Source: Mobula hypostoma (Eukaryota). From it: a DNA stretch of 64,000 nucleotides. A program made the translations under genes and the position numbers. Where the stretch lies: NCBI RefSeq assembly GCF_963921235.1, contig NC_086097.1, positions 112,408,001 through 112,472,000 of the forward strand, in the 5' to 3' direction. The notes beneath the pieces are model-generated. The model was not told the origin of the DNA. It was given only the letters and a program-made list of their open reading frames with translations, and searched no databases. This document shows, one piece after another, positions 47,760-61,250 of this stretch (positions are counted from its first letter, which is position 1; each line of letters starts with the position of its first letter).

Positions 47760-50500
47760 ACTGGGGGAAAGCTCAGGTCTATGGCACTAGGTCTGGCCCT
47801 GTCCCTCAGAAGGGAAGAGGGAGAAGAGGAGTGCAGTAGTGATAGGGGCAGATGATGGGGCAAAATTGCAGTCAGTGGGATCGATTAAAGTTTAACAGGG
47901 GACCCAAATCTCAAAGGGTGATGGATACAGGACTGAAAGTGTTAAATTTGAATACACACAGTATACAGAATAAGGTAGATGATCTTATAAGCACAGAGAT
48001 CAGAAAATGAGATTCTGGCATCTCAGTTGTGGCAGAGGGGCTGGGGTGGAACTATTAATTTAAAAAAAATGAAATCAAATCCTTAGAAAGAGATCGGAAG
48101 ATGTAGAACCTTTCTGGGTAGAAATTGCAAGGGTAAAAGCTCCCTAATGGAGTTATATACAGGCCTCTGAACAGTAGCCAGGATGTGGGCTACAAATTAC
48201 AATGGGAGACAGCAAAGGCATGTCAAAAGGGCAATGTTGTGATAATCATGTGATGACTTTTTAGAGCAGCTCGGGGTTATGTCAACTAGGGGAACGGCAG
48301 TTTTTGATTGGGTGTTATGTAATGACCCAAATTTGATTAGGAGGCCTAAGGTAAAGGAACCCTGAGGTAGACAGTGATCATTTGATAGAATTCACCCTGT
48401 AGTTTGACAAGAAGTTAAAATTGAATGCATTAGTATTACAGTGGAGTGAAGGGAATTACAGAGGCATGAGAGAGGAGCTGGCAAAGGTTAATTTGAAGGG
48501 GAGACTAGCAGGGATGACGGCAGAAAAGTAATGATTGGTGTTTCTGGGAGAAATTCCAAAGGTGCAGGATAGTTATATTCCAAAGATGAAGTATTCTAAA
48601 GGGAGGATGAGGCAACCATGGCTAAAAAGGGAAAAGCAAGACTTCATAAAAGCAAGAGGGCATGCAATAAAGCAAAAATTAGAAGATTGGGAACCTTTTA
48701 AAGACAAGCAGAATGGCAATGAATAAGCTATAAAGAGAAAAGATGAGTATTGAAGGTAAGCTAGCCAATAATAGGATATAAAGTTCTCTTGGGCATGAGA
48801 AGTAAGAAATGAGTGGATATCAGACTGCTGGAAAATGACACTGGAATTAGTAATTGGTGACAAAGAAATGATCGAGGAACTTGAGTATTTTGTGCAGTTC
48901 TCACTGTGGACTACACTAGCAGAATGTTAGAGATTTGACTGGTAAGGGTAGAGGTGTCCTTGCTATTACTTGGGGTAAAGTGCTTGGGAAGCTGAAATGA
49001 CCAAAGGTAGATAAGTCACCTGGACCAGGTGGGCTGCCCTAACCTTCTGAGCAAGGCAACTAAAATGATTATGGTGGCATTAGCAATGATTTTTCATGAA
49101 TTACTGAATTCTGGAATGTATCCTGAGGACTGGAAAATTGCAAATGTCATCCACTCTTTCAGGGAGGGAGCGAGACAGAAGGAAATGATAGACCATCTAG
49201 CCTGAGATCAGTTGGTTGGAAAGGTGTTGGAGTCTATTAAAGATGGAGTTTCAGGGCACAAGATAAAGGCCAGTCAGCATGGTTTCCTTTAGGGAGAATC
49301 TTGCCTGACAAATCTGTTGGAATTATTTGAGGAAATAACAGGCTAGATAGACAAGGAAATCAGTGGATGTTTGTTTGGATTTTCAGAAGGTCTTTGACAA
49401 GGTGCCAAATAGGCTGCTTAAGAGCCCATGGCATTATAGGAAATGTAATAGCTTGGGTAGAAGATTGGCTGATTGGCAAGAAACAGAAGGAATAAAGGGA
49501 GCCTTTCCTGGTTGGCTGGCAGTGACTAGTAGAGTGCTTGCAGGTGTCGGTATTGAGACCATTCTTTTCATCAATGATTTAGATGAAGGAATTGATGGAT
49601 CTGGCTAAGTTTGTGAGTGATACCAAGGTAGGCGAAGGACAGGTGGTGTCTGCAGAGGGACTAGGATCGAGGGAAAAAGTGGCAGATGGCCAAAGTGGCA
49701 GATGGAATATAACGTAGGAAACTGCATGGCCATACACATTAGCGGAAGGAATAAAGGCATGGATCATTTTGTAAATGTGGAGTAAATTCAACAATCAGAT
49801 GCAAGGTGAGTTGGGAGTCTCTGTACAGGATTCCTAAAAGTTAACTTGCAATTAGAATCAGTGGTAAAGAAGGCAAATGCGATGTTGTTCATTTTGAGAA
49901 TAGAATACAAAGCAAGGATGTAATGTTGAAGTTTCATAAGCTATTGGTCAGACTGCACTTGGAGCATTTGGGGCCCCTTATCTAAAAAGGAAAGTGCAGG
50001 CATTATGGAGGTTCATGAGAATGATCACAGGAGTGAAGCGCTCAACATGTGAGGAGAGTTTGGCTCTGGGCCAGTACTAGCTTGAGTTCAGAAAAAGGAA
50101 GGGAGATCTCATTGAAAACTTTCAAATATTGTAAGGCCTAGATAGAGTGGATGTGGAGAGTATGCTTTCCTTTAGTGTGAGAACCTAGGACCAGAGAGCA
50201 CACCCTCAGAATTGAGTGATGTCCGGTTAGGACAGATGAGGAAAAATTTCTTTAGCCAGAGGGTGGTGAATCTGCGAAATTCATTGCTGCAGCTGGCTGT
50301 GGAGACCAAGTCATTGAGTATATTTAAGCAGAGGTTAATTGGTGCTTGATTAGTCAGGGCGATGAAGGTTGAGGGGATAAGGCAGGAAAATGAGTTTGAG
50401 AAGGATAATGAATCAGCCCTGATTGAATGGTGGTACAGACTCAACCAGCTGAATGGTCAGAGTTTGTCTTGGGTTTTGTGGTCTTGTGCTTTTATGGTCT
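47760..50500 (+). mobile_element. Old CR1, internally deleted (same family as 9200-12929)
   Basis: 'KYSKGRMRQPWL', 'CLDFQKVFDKVP' and 3'UTR. Confidence 0.9.
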
Positions 50501-51164
50501 TTTATTTTCACATTTACTTATCCAATTCTAATACTTTCTGAAGTACATTGTATGAAAGGTGCTCTATAAATAGTTATTATTATTTATAATGTTGCCTCCT
50601 ACCATGAATCCTGAAAGACTTTCTATCCTGCAGAAGTTAAATGTAATGATTAGATTTATTTGTCACAGATACATTGAAACATACAGTGAAGTGTGTCATT
50701 TGCATTAACAGCCAACACAATCTGAGGATTGTGCTGGGGGCTGCCTGCAAGGGTTGCCACACTTCCAGTGCCAACATAACATGTTCACCACGTTCAACAG
50801 TCCTCGTGTTGCTGGAGCCTGACATCCAGACCTGCAGACCAACCTCAGACCTCTGGATCTACCAACTGATCTCATGCCCCCGGAATGATAATCTGCATTT
50901 CATTTTCAAACACGCCACTTACAAACCAGGGGAAAACATTGGCAACACAAAATGCTGGAGGAACTCAGATCAGGCAGCAGCTATGGAGGTGCATGAATGG
51001 TAATGGTAAAGCCATATTTAATGACCATCCATTGTTGCTCTGAGATGGTGGTAATATTACAATCTCATTTAAGCTTTTCTTTGGATCGATACTTCTGCCA
51101 ACAAAAAAGGTGAAAACGGAATACTTTTCGTCACCATAACCACATTGAAGCTTGAATATTATTC

Positions 51165-51485
51165 ATAGAGCACTACACTACAAAAATAGGTCCTTCTGCA
51201 CATTTGGTCCACACAAATTGCTTTGCCTAGTCTCATCGACCTGGACCATAGTCCTCCATAACCCTCCCTTCCATGTACTTATCCAAATTTATCTTAAATG
51301 TTGCAATCGAAACTGCATCCACCGCTTCTGCTGGCAGCTTGTTCCATACTCTCACCACCCTCTGAGTGAAGAAGCTCCCCTTAAGTATTTACCTTTCACC
51401 TTTAAACTGTGACTTCTAGCTCTAGTCTCACCCAGCCTCAATGGAAAAAGCCTGCTTGGATTTATCCTATCTATGCCCCTCATTA
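51165..51485 (-). mobile_element. CR1 3' end
   Basis: Same family as 1905-2280. Confidence 0.75.
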
Positions 51486-51649
51486 AAGGCATGTTATTGA
51501 AAAAAAAAGGTCTCTACACAATTATTAGATTGCTTAATTTCCTATGTAATGCAATATTCAGATTTTTATCAAAATCCTTTGATACAATTGCTGCCATTTT
51601 GCAGTACTAATGTGTATTTCTTGCTAGAACAAATAGATTACCTGCCACT

Positions 51650-51890
51650 GGCGCACCATGGTAGCACAGCAGTCAGCGAGACATTGTCTGTGAGAAGCAT
51701 GTACATTCTTTCCGTAAGTGCGTGGGTTTCCTCCGGGTGCTCTGGTTTCCTCCCACAGTCCAAAGAGTTACTGGTTATTAGGTTAATTAGTCATTGTAAA
51801 TTAGCCTGTAATTAGCCTAGGGTTAGATAGGTGGGTTGGTGGGCCACATGTCTAGTTGGACCAGAAGGGCCTGTTCCACACTATATCTCT
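51650..51890 (+). mobile_element. V-SINE-like element
   Basis: 'gcgtgggtttcctccgggtgctctggtttcctcccacagtccaaaga'. Confidence 0.8.
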
Positions 51891-52078
51891 TTTATTTAAA
51901 AAAAACTAAAATTGCTCAGCTAGGGAAGTAAGCCTAGATATGACAAAAGTCAAACTAGCCTAGGATGAATTGGGGAATGTAATAGAACAGAGGAACCTAG
52001 GAGTACTAGTTTATTGAAGGTGGTGAAGAATGTGTTTAGCATGCTGGACTTCAGTCCAGCCATTGAGTTTAGATGTTA

Positions 52079-55067
52079 CATAGAAACATAGAAAACATAG
52101 AAAACCTACAGCACAATACAGGCCCTTCGGCCCACAAAGCTGTGCCGAACATGCCCCTACCTTAGCGCTACCTAGGCTTTACCCATAGCACTCTATTTTT
52201 CTAAGCTCCATGTAGCCATCCAGGAGTCTCTTAAAACACTCTATCATTTCCGCCTCCTCCACCGCCACTGGCAGCCTATTCAATGCACTCACCACTCTCT
52301 GTGTAAAGAGGAAAAATAAACTTACTCCTGACGTCTCCTCTGTACCTACTTCCAAGCACCTCAAAACTATGCCCTCTCATGCTAGCCATTTCAGTCCTGG
52401 GAAAAAGCCTCTGACCATCCACACGATCAATGCCTCTCATTATCTTGTACACCCCTATCAGGTCACCTCTCATCCTCCGTCGCTCCAAGGAGAAAAGGCC
52501 AAGTTCACTCAACCTATTCTCATAAGGCATGCTCCCCAGTCCAGGCAACATCCTTGTAAATCCCCTCTGCACCCTTTCTATGGTTTCTATGTCCTTCTGT
52601 CCTACGTCTGGTTGTTTGAGGCAACAAGAATTGAGCACAGTACTCCAATTGGGATCTGACCAGCTCCTATATAGCTGTAACATTACCTCTCGGTTCTTAA
52701 ACTCAATCCCACGATTGATGAAAGCCAATGCACCGTATGCCTTCTTAACCTTAGAGTCAACCTGCGCAGCAGCTTTGAGTGTCCTATGGACTCGGACCCC
52801 AAGATCCTCATGATCCTCCACACTGCCAAGAGTTTTCCTATCAATATCAATACTGTCATCATATTTGATTTACCAAAATGAACCACCTCACACTTATCTG
52901 TGTTGAACTCTATCTGCCACTTCTCAGCCCAGTTTTGCATCCTATTAATGTCCCGCTGTAATCTCTGACAGCCTTCCACACTATCCACAACACCGCCCCC
53001 CCCCCCAACCTTTGTGTCATCAGCAAATTTACTAACCCATCCCTCCACTTCCTCATGCAGGTAATTTATAAAAATCACAAAGAGTAGGGGGTCCCAGAAC
53101 AGGTCCCTAATGCTCACCACTGGTGACTGACCTCCATGCAGAATATGACTCATCGAGAACCACTCTTTGCCTTCTGCGGGCAAGCCAGTTCCAGATCCAC
53201 AAAGCAATGTCCCCTTGGATCCCATGCCTCATTACTTTCTCAATAAGCCTTGCATGGGGTACCTTATCAAATGCCTTGCTGAAATCCATCTACTGCTCTA
53301 CCATCATCAGTGTGTTTAGTCACATCCTAAAAATTCAGTCAGGCCCGTAAGGCATGACCTGCCTTTGACAAAGCCATGCTGACTATTCCTAATCATATTA
53401 TGCCTCTCCAAATGTTCATAACTCCTGCCTCTCAGGATCTTCTCCATCAACTTACCAACCACTGAAATAAGACTCACTGGACTATAATCTCCTCGGCTAT
53501 CTCTACAACATCCGCAACCCTCCAATCCTCCGGAACCTCTCCCGGCCCCATTGATGATGCAAAGATCATCGCCAGAGGCTCAGCAAACTCCTCGCTTGCT
53601 TCCCACAGCAGCCTGGGGTACATCCCGTCCGCTCCCAGTGACTTATCCAACTTGATGCTTCCAAAAGCTCCAGCACATCCTCTTTCTTAATATCTACATT
53701 CTCAAGCTTGTCATCCATACAATCTCCAAGATCCTTTTCTGTAGCGAATACTGAAGCGGAGGTACTTAATGAATACTTTGCTATTTCCTCCGGTTCCATA
53801 CACACTTTTCTATTGTCACACTTGATTGGTCCTATTTTCTCACGTCTTATCCTCTTGCTCTTCACATACTTGTAGAATGCCGTGGGGTTTTCCTTAATCC
53901 TGTCCGCCAATGCCTTCTCATGGCCCCTTCTGGCTCTCCTAATTTCATTCTTAAGCTCCTTCCTGCTAGCCTTATAATCTAGATTCCTAGCATTACCTAG
54001 TTTTTTGAACCTTTCGTAAGCTCTGTTTTTGCTTCTTGAGTAGATTTACAACAACCTTTGTACACCACGGATCTTGTACCTTTCCATGTCTTATTGGAAC
54101 ATACCTACTCAGAGCCCCATGCAAATATCCCCTGAACATTTGCCACACTTCTTCCATGCGTTTCCATGAGAACCAACTTATGCTTCCAAGTTCCTGCCTG
54201 ATAGCCTCATATTTCCCCTTACTCCAATTAAACATTTCCCTAACTTGTCTGTTCCTATCCCTCTCCAATGCTATGGTAAAGGAGATAAAATTGTGCTTGC
54301 AATTTCCAAAATGCTCTCCCACTGACAGACCAGACAGCTGACAAGGTTCATTTCCCAATACCAGATCAAGCACAGCCTCTCCTCTTGTAGGCTTATCTAC
54401 ATATTGTGTCAAGAAACCTTCCTGAACACACCTAACAAACTCTACCCAATCTAAACCCCTCACTGTAGGGAGATGCCAATCAATATTTGGGAAATTAAAA
54501 TCTCCCACCACAGCAGCCCTGTTATTATTACTCCTTTCCAGAATCTGTCTCCCTATCTGCTCCTCGATGTCCCTGTTACTGTTGGGTGGTCTATAAAAAA
54601 CACCCAGTAGAGTTATTGACCCCTTCCTATTCCTTACTTTCACCCACAGAGACTCTGTACACAACCCCTCCATGACACTATTTGTGATCAACAGTGCCAG
54701 GCCCCCACCTCCTTTCCCTCCCTCCCTGTCCTTTCAGAAACATCTATAGCCTGGCACTTGAAGTAGCCATTCCTGTCCCTGCACCATCCAAGTCTCTGTA
54801 ATGGCCACAACATCATATCTCCAAGTACTGATCCACATTCTAAGCTCATCTGCTTTATTCATGAGACTCCTTGCATTAAAATAGACACATCTCAATCCAT
54901 TGGACTGAACGCGTCCCTTCTCTATACCTGCCTATCCTTCCTTTCGCACCGTCTCCAAGCCTCCAAGCTTTCTCTATTTGTGAGCCAACCTCTCTTTCCT
55001 CCGTCACTTCAGTTCGGTTCCCACCCTCCAGCAGTTCTAGTTTAAACTCTCCCCAATAGCCTTAGCA
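52079..55067 (-). mobile_element. CR1 LINE (third family) with nearly complete, disrupted ORF2
   Basis: ORFs 53993..54691 (APE: FYRPP, GDFN), 53566..53910, 53316..53525, 53107..53289 and 52276..52821. Confidence 0.95.
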
Positions 55068-55282
55068 ATGTTGGGACATTATGTTGCAATTGTATAATTT
55101 CTTGTTGAGGCTACACTTGGAAGTTCTGTGTACAGTTTTGATCAGCATGTTACAGGAAAGACAGTTAAACTGGAAATCGTGCAGAAAAGATTTGAGCATG
55201 TGGCAGGGACTAGAGTGCCTGTTTTATAGGGAGATGTTGACTATGCTAAGTCTTTATTCTTTGGAATGTAGGAGAATGAAAA

Positions 55283-55811
55283 TATAGAAAAACATAGAAA
55301 ACCGACAGCACAGTACAGGCCCTTTGGCCCACAAAGTTGTGCTGAACATATCCCTACCTTAGAAATTACTAGGCTTACCCATAGCCCACTATTTTTCTAA
55401 GCTCCATGTACCAATCCAGAAGTCTCTTAAAAGACCCTATCGTATCCGCCTCCACCACCGTTGCTGGCAGCCCATTCCACGCACTCACCACTCTCTGAGT
55501 GAAAGAAACTTACCCCTGGCATCTCCTCTGTACCTACTCTCCAGCACCTTAAACCTGTGCCCTCTTTTGGCAACCATTTCAGCCCTGGGAAAAAGCCTCT
55601 GACTATCCACACGATCAATGCCTCTCATAATCTTATACACCTCTGTTAGGTCACCTCTCATCCTCCGTCGCTCCAAGGAGAAAAGGCCGAGTTCACTCAA
55701 CCTATTCTCATAAGGCATTCTCCCCAATCCAGGCAACATCCTTCTAAGTCTCCTCTGCACCCTTTCTATGGCTTCCACATCCTCCCTGTAGTGAGGCGAC
55801 TAGAACTGAGC
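55283..55811 (-). mobile_element. CR1 3' fragment (same family as 52079-55067)
   Basis: ORF 55485..55778(-) ERVQRR...MPYENRLSELGLFSLERRR. Confidence 0.92.
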
Positions 55812-56739
55812 AAAGAGGCATAAAGCAAACACTAACAGACTTTTCCTCAAGGGGCGTAGATTTAAGGTGGAAGGGGAAAGATATAAAATGGATCTGATGC
55901 AAAACCTTTTCATATAAATGGTGCTGTGTGTGTGTGGAACACACTACCCGAGAAAATTCAAGTAATACAGGTGTGGGGTTTAGAGGCATAACAGCTGAAC
56001 TCAGGAAACTGGAACAAATGGGTGGGCACCTTGACTAGCCTGGACTTGTTGGACCAAGGTGACCATATCCACACTGTAGTGCTATCACTATTCAAAAAAT
56101 AGTGATTGGTTAAGATGAATACAGAACATTTTCCTTCATCACCTGAAACCTGTTATTATGATAGCGAGAGGTATTAGTCTGTTTGAGGCTGGAGTACGTG
56201 CATAGTTTGGTCACCTCATGGAAAAGCTGTGATAGCACTGGGGAGAGGACAAAAATTTGATGTTGCCAGAATTGGAGATGATAATGGAGACTGAGAGCTG
56301 GGCTTGCGTCACAGGAAGAATCGAAGATTGAAGTGAGCCATATTTGAAGTTTGAAACTGTAACCTAAAAATTGTGACAGGATGTGCTGGCATGTAGAGAG
56401 TCCGGAGGAGGGTCACGAGAATGATTCCAAGATTGAAGGGGTTGGTGGAAAGTTTGGATCAGTAGGGAACATAAATTCACTGTTCGGAGGATTAGGGGGG
56501 AATAAAGGATCTAAGTGTAGAGATATTGAACTCATTTTCTGAAATTGCAGAAGAATGGAGAACAGTCACATTTTAAAGATGCCTGGAAGACCAGATAAGT
56601 AGGAATCTACAAAGTTAGTCTGAGCTCGAAAGTGAAAATAGTCTGGTTGGAAAAGAGACGGGCTGGGTGACCATTTTTGGTAGAACAGGTCTCTATGTAC
56701 TTGGTGGTTATTGGAGAGATTGTGGGATTGTGAGAGATT

Positions 56740-59500
56740 GTCTGGTTAGAGCTCAGACAAAATCAGGAAACAAAAGGTTGAGCATGGTGTGGCTAGTGTG
56801 CTGAGCTGTATATTTCAATGCAATAAGTATTGTGGAAAATGTGAATGAGCTCAGGGCATGGATCAACACCTGGAATTAAATGTAGCCTTTACTGAGACTT
56901 GGATGCAGGAGGGGCAGGACTGGCAGCTCAGTGCTCTGGGGTTCTGTTGTTTCAGAGTGGGGGAGGGATTAAAGGAGGAGGGTTGACATTACTAGTCAGG
57001 GAAAATGTCATGGCAGGATAGACTGAAAGAACTCAGCTAGTGAGGTGTTATAAGTGGAACTGAGAAATAAGAATGGTATAACCACATTAATGGGCCTATA
57101 CTATAGACCACCCGGCAGTATTAGGCATTTAGAGGAGCAAATTTGTAAAGAGGGAGCAGACTGTTGCGAGAAACCTAAGGCTGTTGTAGTTGGTGATTTT
57201 TAAGTTTCCACATTGACTAGAAACCCCATACTGTAAAAGGACTAGATGGGAAAGTGTTTGTCAAATGTGTTCAGGAAAGTTTCCTTCTTCAGTACGTAGA
57301 AATCCCAACAGGAGAGCTTGCAATACTGGATCTGCTATTAGAGAATGAGACAGGGCAGGTGACAGAAGCTTGTGTAGGGCTACACTTTGCATCCAGTGAC
57401 CACAATGCCATTAGTTTCAAAGTAAATATGCAAAGAGATAGATCTCGTCCATTGGAGAAAGGCCAACTTTGATATCAGAAATGATCTGGCAAGCGTGGAT
57501 TGGGGTAGGCTGTTTTTTGGCAAAGGTGTACTTGGTAAGTAGGAGGCCTTCAAAAGTGAAATTTTGAATATAAAGCTTGTATGTGCCTGTCAGAATAAAA
57601 TGTAAAGATAACAAGTGTAGGGAGCATTAGTTTTCAAGAGGTATTGAGGGTCTGGTTAATAGAATAAAAAGGTGCATAGCAGGTATAGGGACGTAGGAAC
57701 AAATGTAGTGCTTATGGAGTAAAAGAAATACAAGCGAACACTCCCAGGAAGGCTAAAAGAAGGCTTGAACTTGCTCTAGCAAACAAGGTGAAGGAGAATC
57801 CTAAAGGATTCTACATATGTTAAAAGCAAAAGGATTGCAAGGGGCAAAACTGGTCCACTAAAAGACCATGTGTGGATCCGTAACGTGGGGGAGATATTAA
57901 ACGCTTCTTTGCATCTGTATTTACTTTGGAGATGGATATGTTCTATAGAAGTGAGGCAAAGTGGCATCAACTTCATGGACCCTTTGCAGATTACGGAGAG
58001 GAGCAGGTGTTTGAGGCAAATTGGGGTGGATAAATCCCCAGGGCCTGAGAAGATGTTCCCTTGGACCCTACAGGAGGGAAGTGCAGAAATTGCCAGGGCT
58101 CTAGCAGAGATATTTGGTGACAGGAGAAGTACCAGAGGATTGGAGGAGAGCCTTTTTTTTTTAAAGCCAGGATATTATAGGCTGAATCTGATATCAGGTT
58201 GTGGGAAAGTTATTAGAAGGGATTCTTAAGAACTGGATATGAGTATTTGGATAGACATGGAATGATTAAGAATAGTCAGCATGGCTTCATGCATGGTAGG
58301 CCATGTCTAATCAATCTTGGTATTTTTTGAGGAAATTACCAGGAAAGTGGGTAAAGGCAAGGCATTGGATATTGTTTACATGGTTTTTCTAAAGGCATTT
58401 GACAAGTCCGGCACAGGAGGTTGGTCAAGAAGGTTCAGTTGCTCCTCATCCAGGATGGGTTAGTAATTTAGATTAGATAGACATGGCTTGTGGTAGAAGT
58501 CAGAGTACAGGAGAATGTTACCGCTCTGACTGGAGGCCTGTGACTAGTGGTATGCCACAGAGATTGGTGCTGGGTCCTTTGTCATCTATATCAACGTTCT
58601 GGATTACATGGTTAACTGGATCAACAAATTTGCAGGTGACACCAAGATTGAGTGTGTAGTGAACAGTGAGAAAGGCTATCATGGCTTTTAGAGGGATCTG
58701 TATCAGCTGGGAAAATGGGCTGAAAATGGCAGATGGAATTTAATGCAGGCAAGTGTGCGGTCTTGCACCTTTGTAGGACCAACCAGGATAGGTCTTGTAC
58801 AGTAAACAGTAGGGCACTGAGGACTGTAGTAGACCAAAGGGATCTGAGAATACAAGTCCATAATTCATTGAAGGTGGTGTCACAGGGTTATAAAGATAGC
58901 TTTTGGCACATTGGCCTTTATAAATCAAAGTAGCTGTGTTGAATGAAGAAGATGGGTGGTACGTTGAAGATGTTGGTGAGGCTTAATCTGGAGCATTGTG
59001 TGTCGTTTTGGTCACCTACCTACAGGAAAGATGTAAATAAGGTTGAAAGAGTACAGAGAAAATTTACAACAATGTTGCTAGGACTGGAGGACCTGAGTTA
59101 TAAGGAAAGACTGAATGGGTTAGGACTATTCCTTGAAACGTAGAAGATTGAGGGGAGATTTGATAGAGGTATACAAAATTGAGGGGTATAGATAGTAGCC
59201 TTTTTCCACTGAAGTTGGGTGGGACTACAACCATAGGTCATGGCTTAAGGGTGAAAGGTGAGAAGTTCAAGGGGAAAATAAGGGAAATCTCTTTCACTTG
59301 GAAGGTCATGAGATTGTAGAATGAACTGCTAGCACAAGTGGTGCATGCAAGCGTGATTTTAATGTTTAAGAGGAGTTTGACTAGGTACATGGATAGTAGG
59401 GATATGGAGGGCTATGGTCCCAGTGCGGGTTGATGGGAGTAGGAAGTTTAAATGGTTTTGGCATGGACTAAATAGACCAAAGAGTCTGTGCTGTACTTCT
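56740..59500 (+). mobile_element. Old CR1 ORF2 (APE-RT) remnant
   Basis: TETW, YYRPP, GDF, SSDHN, KSPGP and RT motifs; relative of 20068-22778. Confidence 0.9.
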
Positions 59501-60855
59501 GTTTCTGTGCTGGTCTTCTGGTTGGATATACATCTGAATCATTGTCTTTGTCGCCCCTCAGATTAATCTACTTGAATAGCAATGTACAATTTAACAAATT
59601 TCAAGCTCAAGAAATCACAGGCCCTTGCCTTGGAAAGTACTGCTTTGAACACGCCTGCCATTCAAAGAAACAACAGTTATGAGAGGCAAGTGAGAATTTG
59701 CTCTCAGATTAGTATCATCTATTTCTAACTATGATTTGTTTCCTTTCTCTTTCAATGGCACATTTGTAACACTAGCAGAATAAGTTGTCTGTTTTTGCAA
59801 CTAGTATAAGCGTATTTGTGCTTTTCATCATTGGCATAAAAGCAAACTGGCAGAACTCCAAATTATGAAAACAGCACTTTAAAGCTCCCTGTACTAATGT
59901 TTGCAAAGAAGACCACTGTTAATGACACCCTTGCATATACCTTTAACAAACCTGGGGAAAATGTGTCTAGGGTGAGTCATGATTATAGAAGCACAGCAAA
60001 CATTGGGCCGGAGAAGGGCATGAGATCTGACACCAGATGGGTCCTTTATGAAATTGGATGTGGTGATTATTTTGAAACAGGAGATTTTTAAAAGGACAAT
60101 GTGGTGATACAAGTAGCAATACTATTGGAATCATGATTCGCCATTTTGGTTTTCTGAAGTTTTACAGTTCGTCTATCAAGAAGAAACAAATCAACAGGTT
60201 GATGAAGGCCTTGACAACTAGTGGTCAAGTACAGCAGTTGCAAAATAATAACTTGCCTGTAGACCACTTACAGATGTAGTTCAAAGTGCTTTGCAATGAG
60301 ATAAAGTGACATTATGAAAATAGAGTAGATCTGAATGATGATCAACAGCCTCCAGTGATAGTTTTCCCAGATAATCTCAATTTGCTTTGACAGTGATTGC
60401 TGATAATTATGTCAGTAATATAGCAGAAAGTCTAGAAATTCACACCTTGATCCAACTGAGCTCCCTTGCATGTCATCTTTGACCTTGAAGCATTTCAACC
60501 ATCAAATTTTTTAGGGGAACTTCTAAGGTAGTTTCAATTGTTATTTTTTCTTTAATTTCCCATATAGCATGAATTTTGTAATTAACAGGTGCTTTTCTGC
60601 TTTGAACCGGAGTTAATGTCAGTATTAAAGTAGATTTTTATTTTATTGTATAAAATAGTGTAAATGATTTGATACTTCATTAGGCTGAAACTAGGTACCA
60701 ACCCAATGAAGTTGTAACAAATAGCATGCAATATACGGATCTACTAATTCTATAAACTATAGATAGCTTTGCAATCCTCTCATCTAGTCATGAATGGTGG
60801 TGGTCAATCAAACAATTGGAGGAGAAGAATCCAAAATCTTCAAACGGACTAAAAA

Positions 60856-61250
60856 CTTGTGGTTTGGAGGCTTGTCTGCCTCAATGACCCAGAGAGCTAT
60901 GTTGGTTGGAGTCAGGGCTTTGTGCTTTCCCTCTTAGTAGGATCACCCATGTCAAACAGGTCAAAGGGTAGAGGCCAAACTAAGAGTGGGCCTCCAGGTT
61001 TGGGGTTCAGCTCAGGGCTAATAGCCCCGACTGGTTTAAAAAAAAACTGTTACAGAAACAGCATTGAAGAATCCTTTTATGCCTGTGTGCAATGGTATTC
61101 CTGAGTCTCCACCCAGACTTGCTTGGCTGACAGTAGTGAAAACCGAAAGGAAGCTACTGGCATGAAGTCTTGAATACTACCAATGGCTACGGACAGATAG
61201 AGGGCCTTCATTACTGCCCTAAAACCAGTGGAGCAATGGGCAATAAGTAA
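60856..61250 (+). mobile_element. RTE-like non-autonomous element, copy 1
   Basis: Homologous to 63396-63785; (gtaa)n-like tail. Confidence 0.6.

Larger units (their letters stand above)
51905..56050 (+). mobile_element. Old CR1 3' part hosting two CR1 insertions
   Basis: Pieces 51905-52078, 55068-55282 and 55812-56050 are colinear with the CR1 RT C-terminus and 3'UTR. Confidence 0.65.

Noticed and set aside
59897..59980. 'TLAYTFNKPG' PKD-like peptide before a gtgagt donor
   Set aside because: No credible acceptor, and too short to distinguish from chance.
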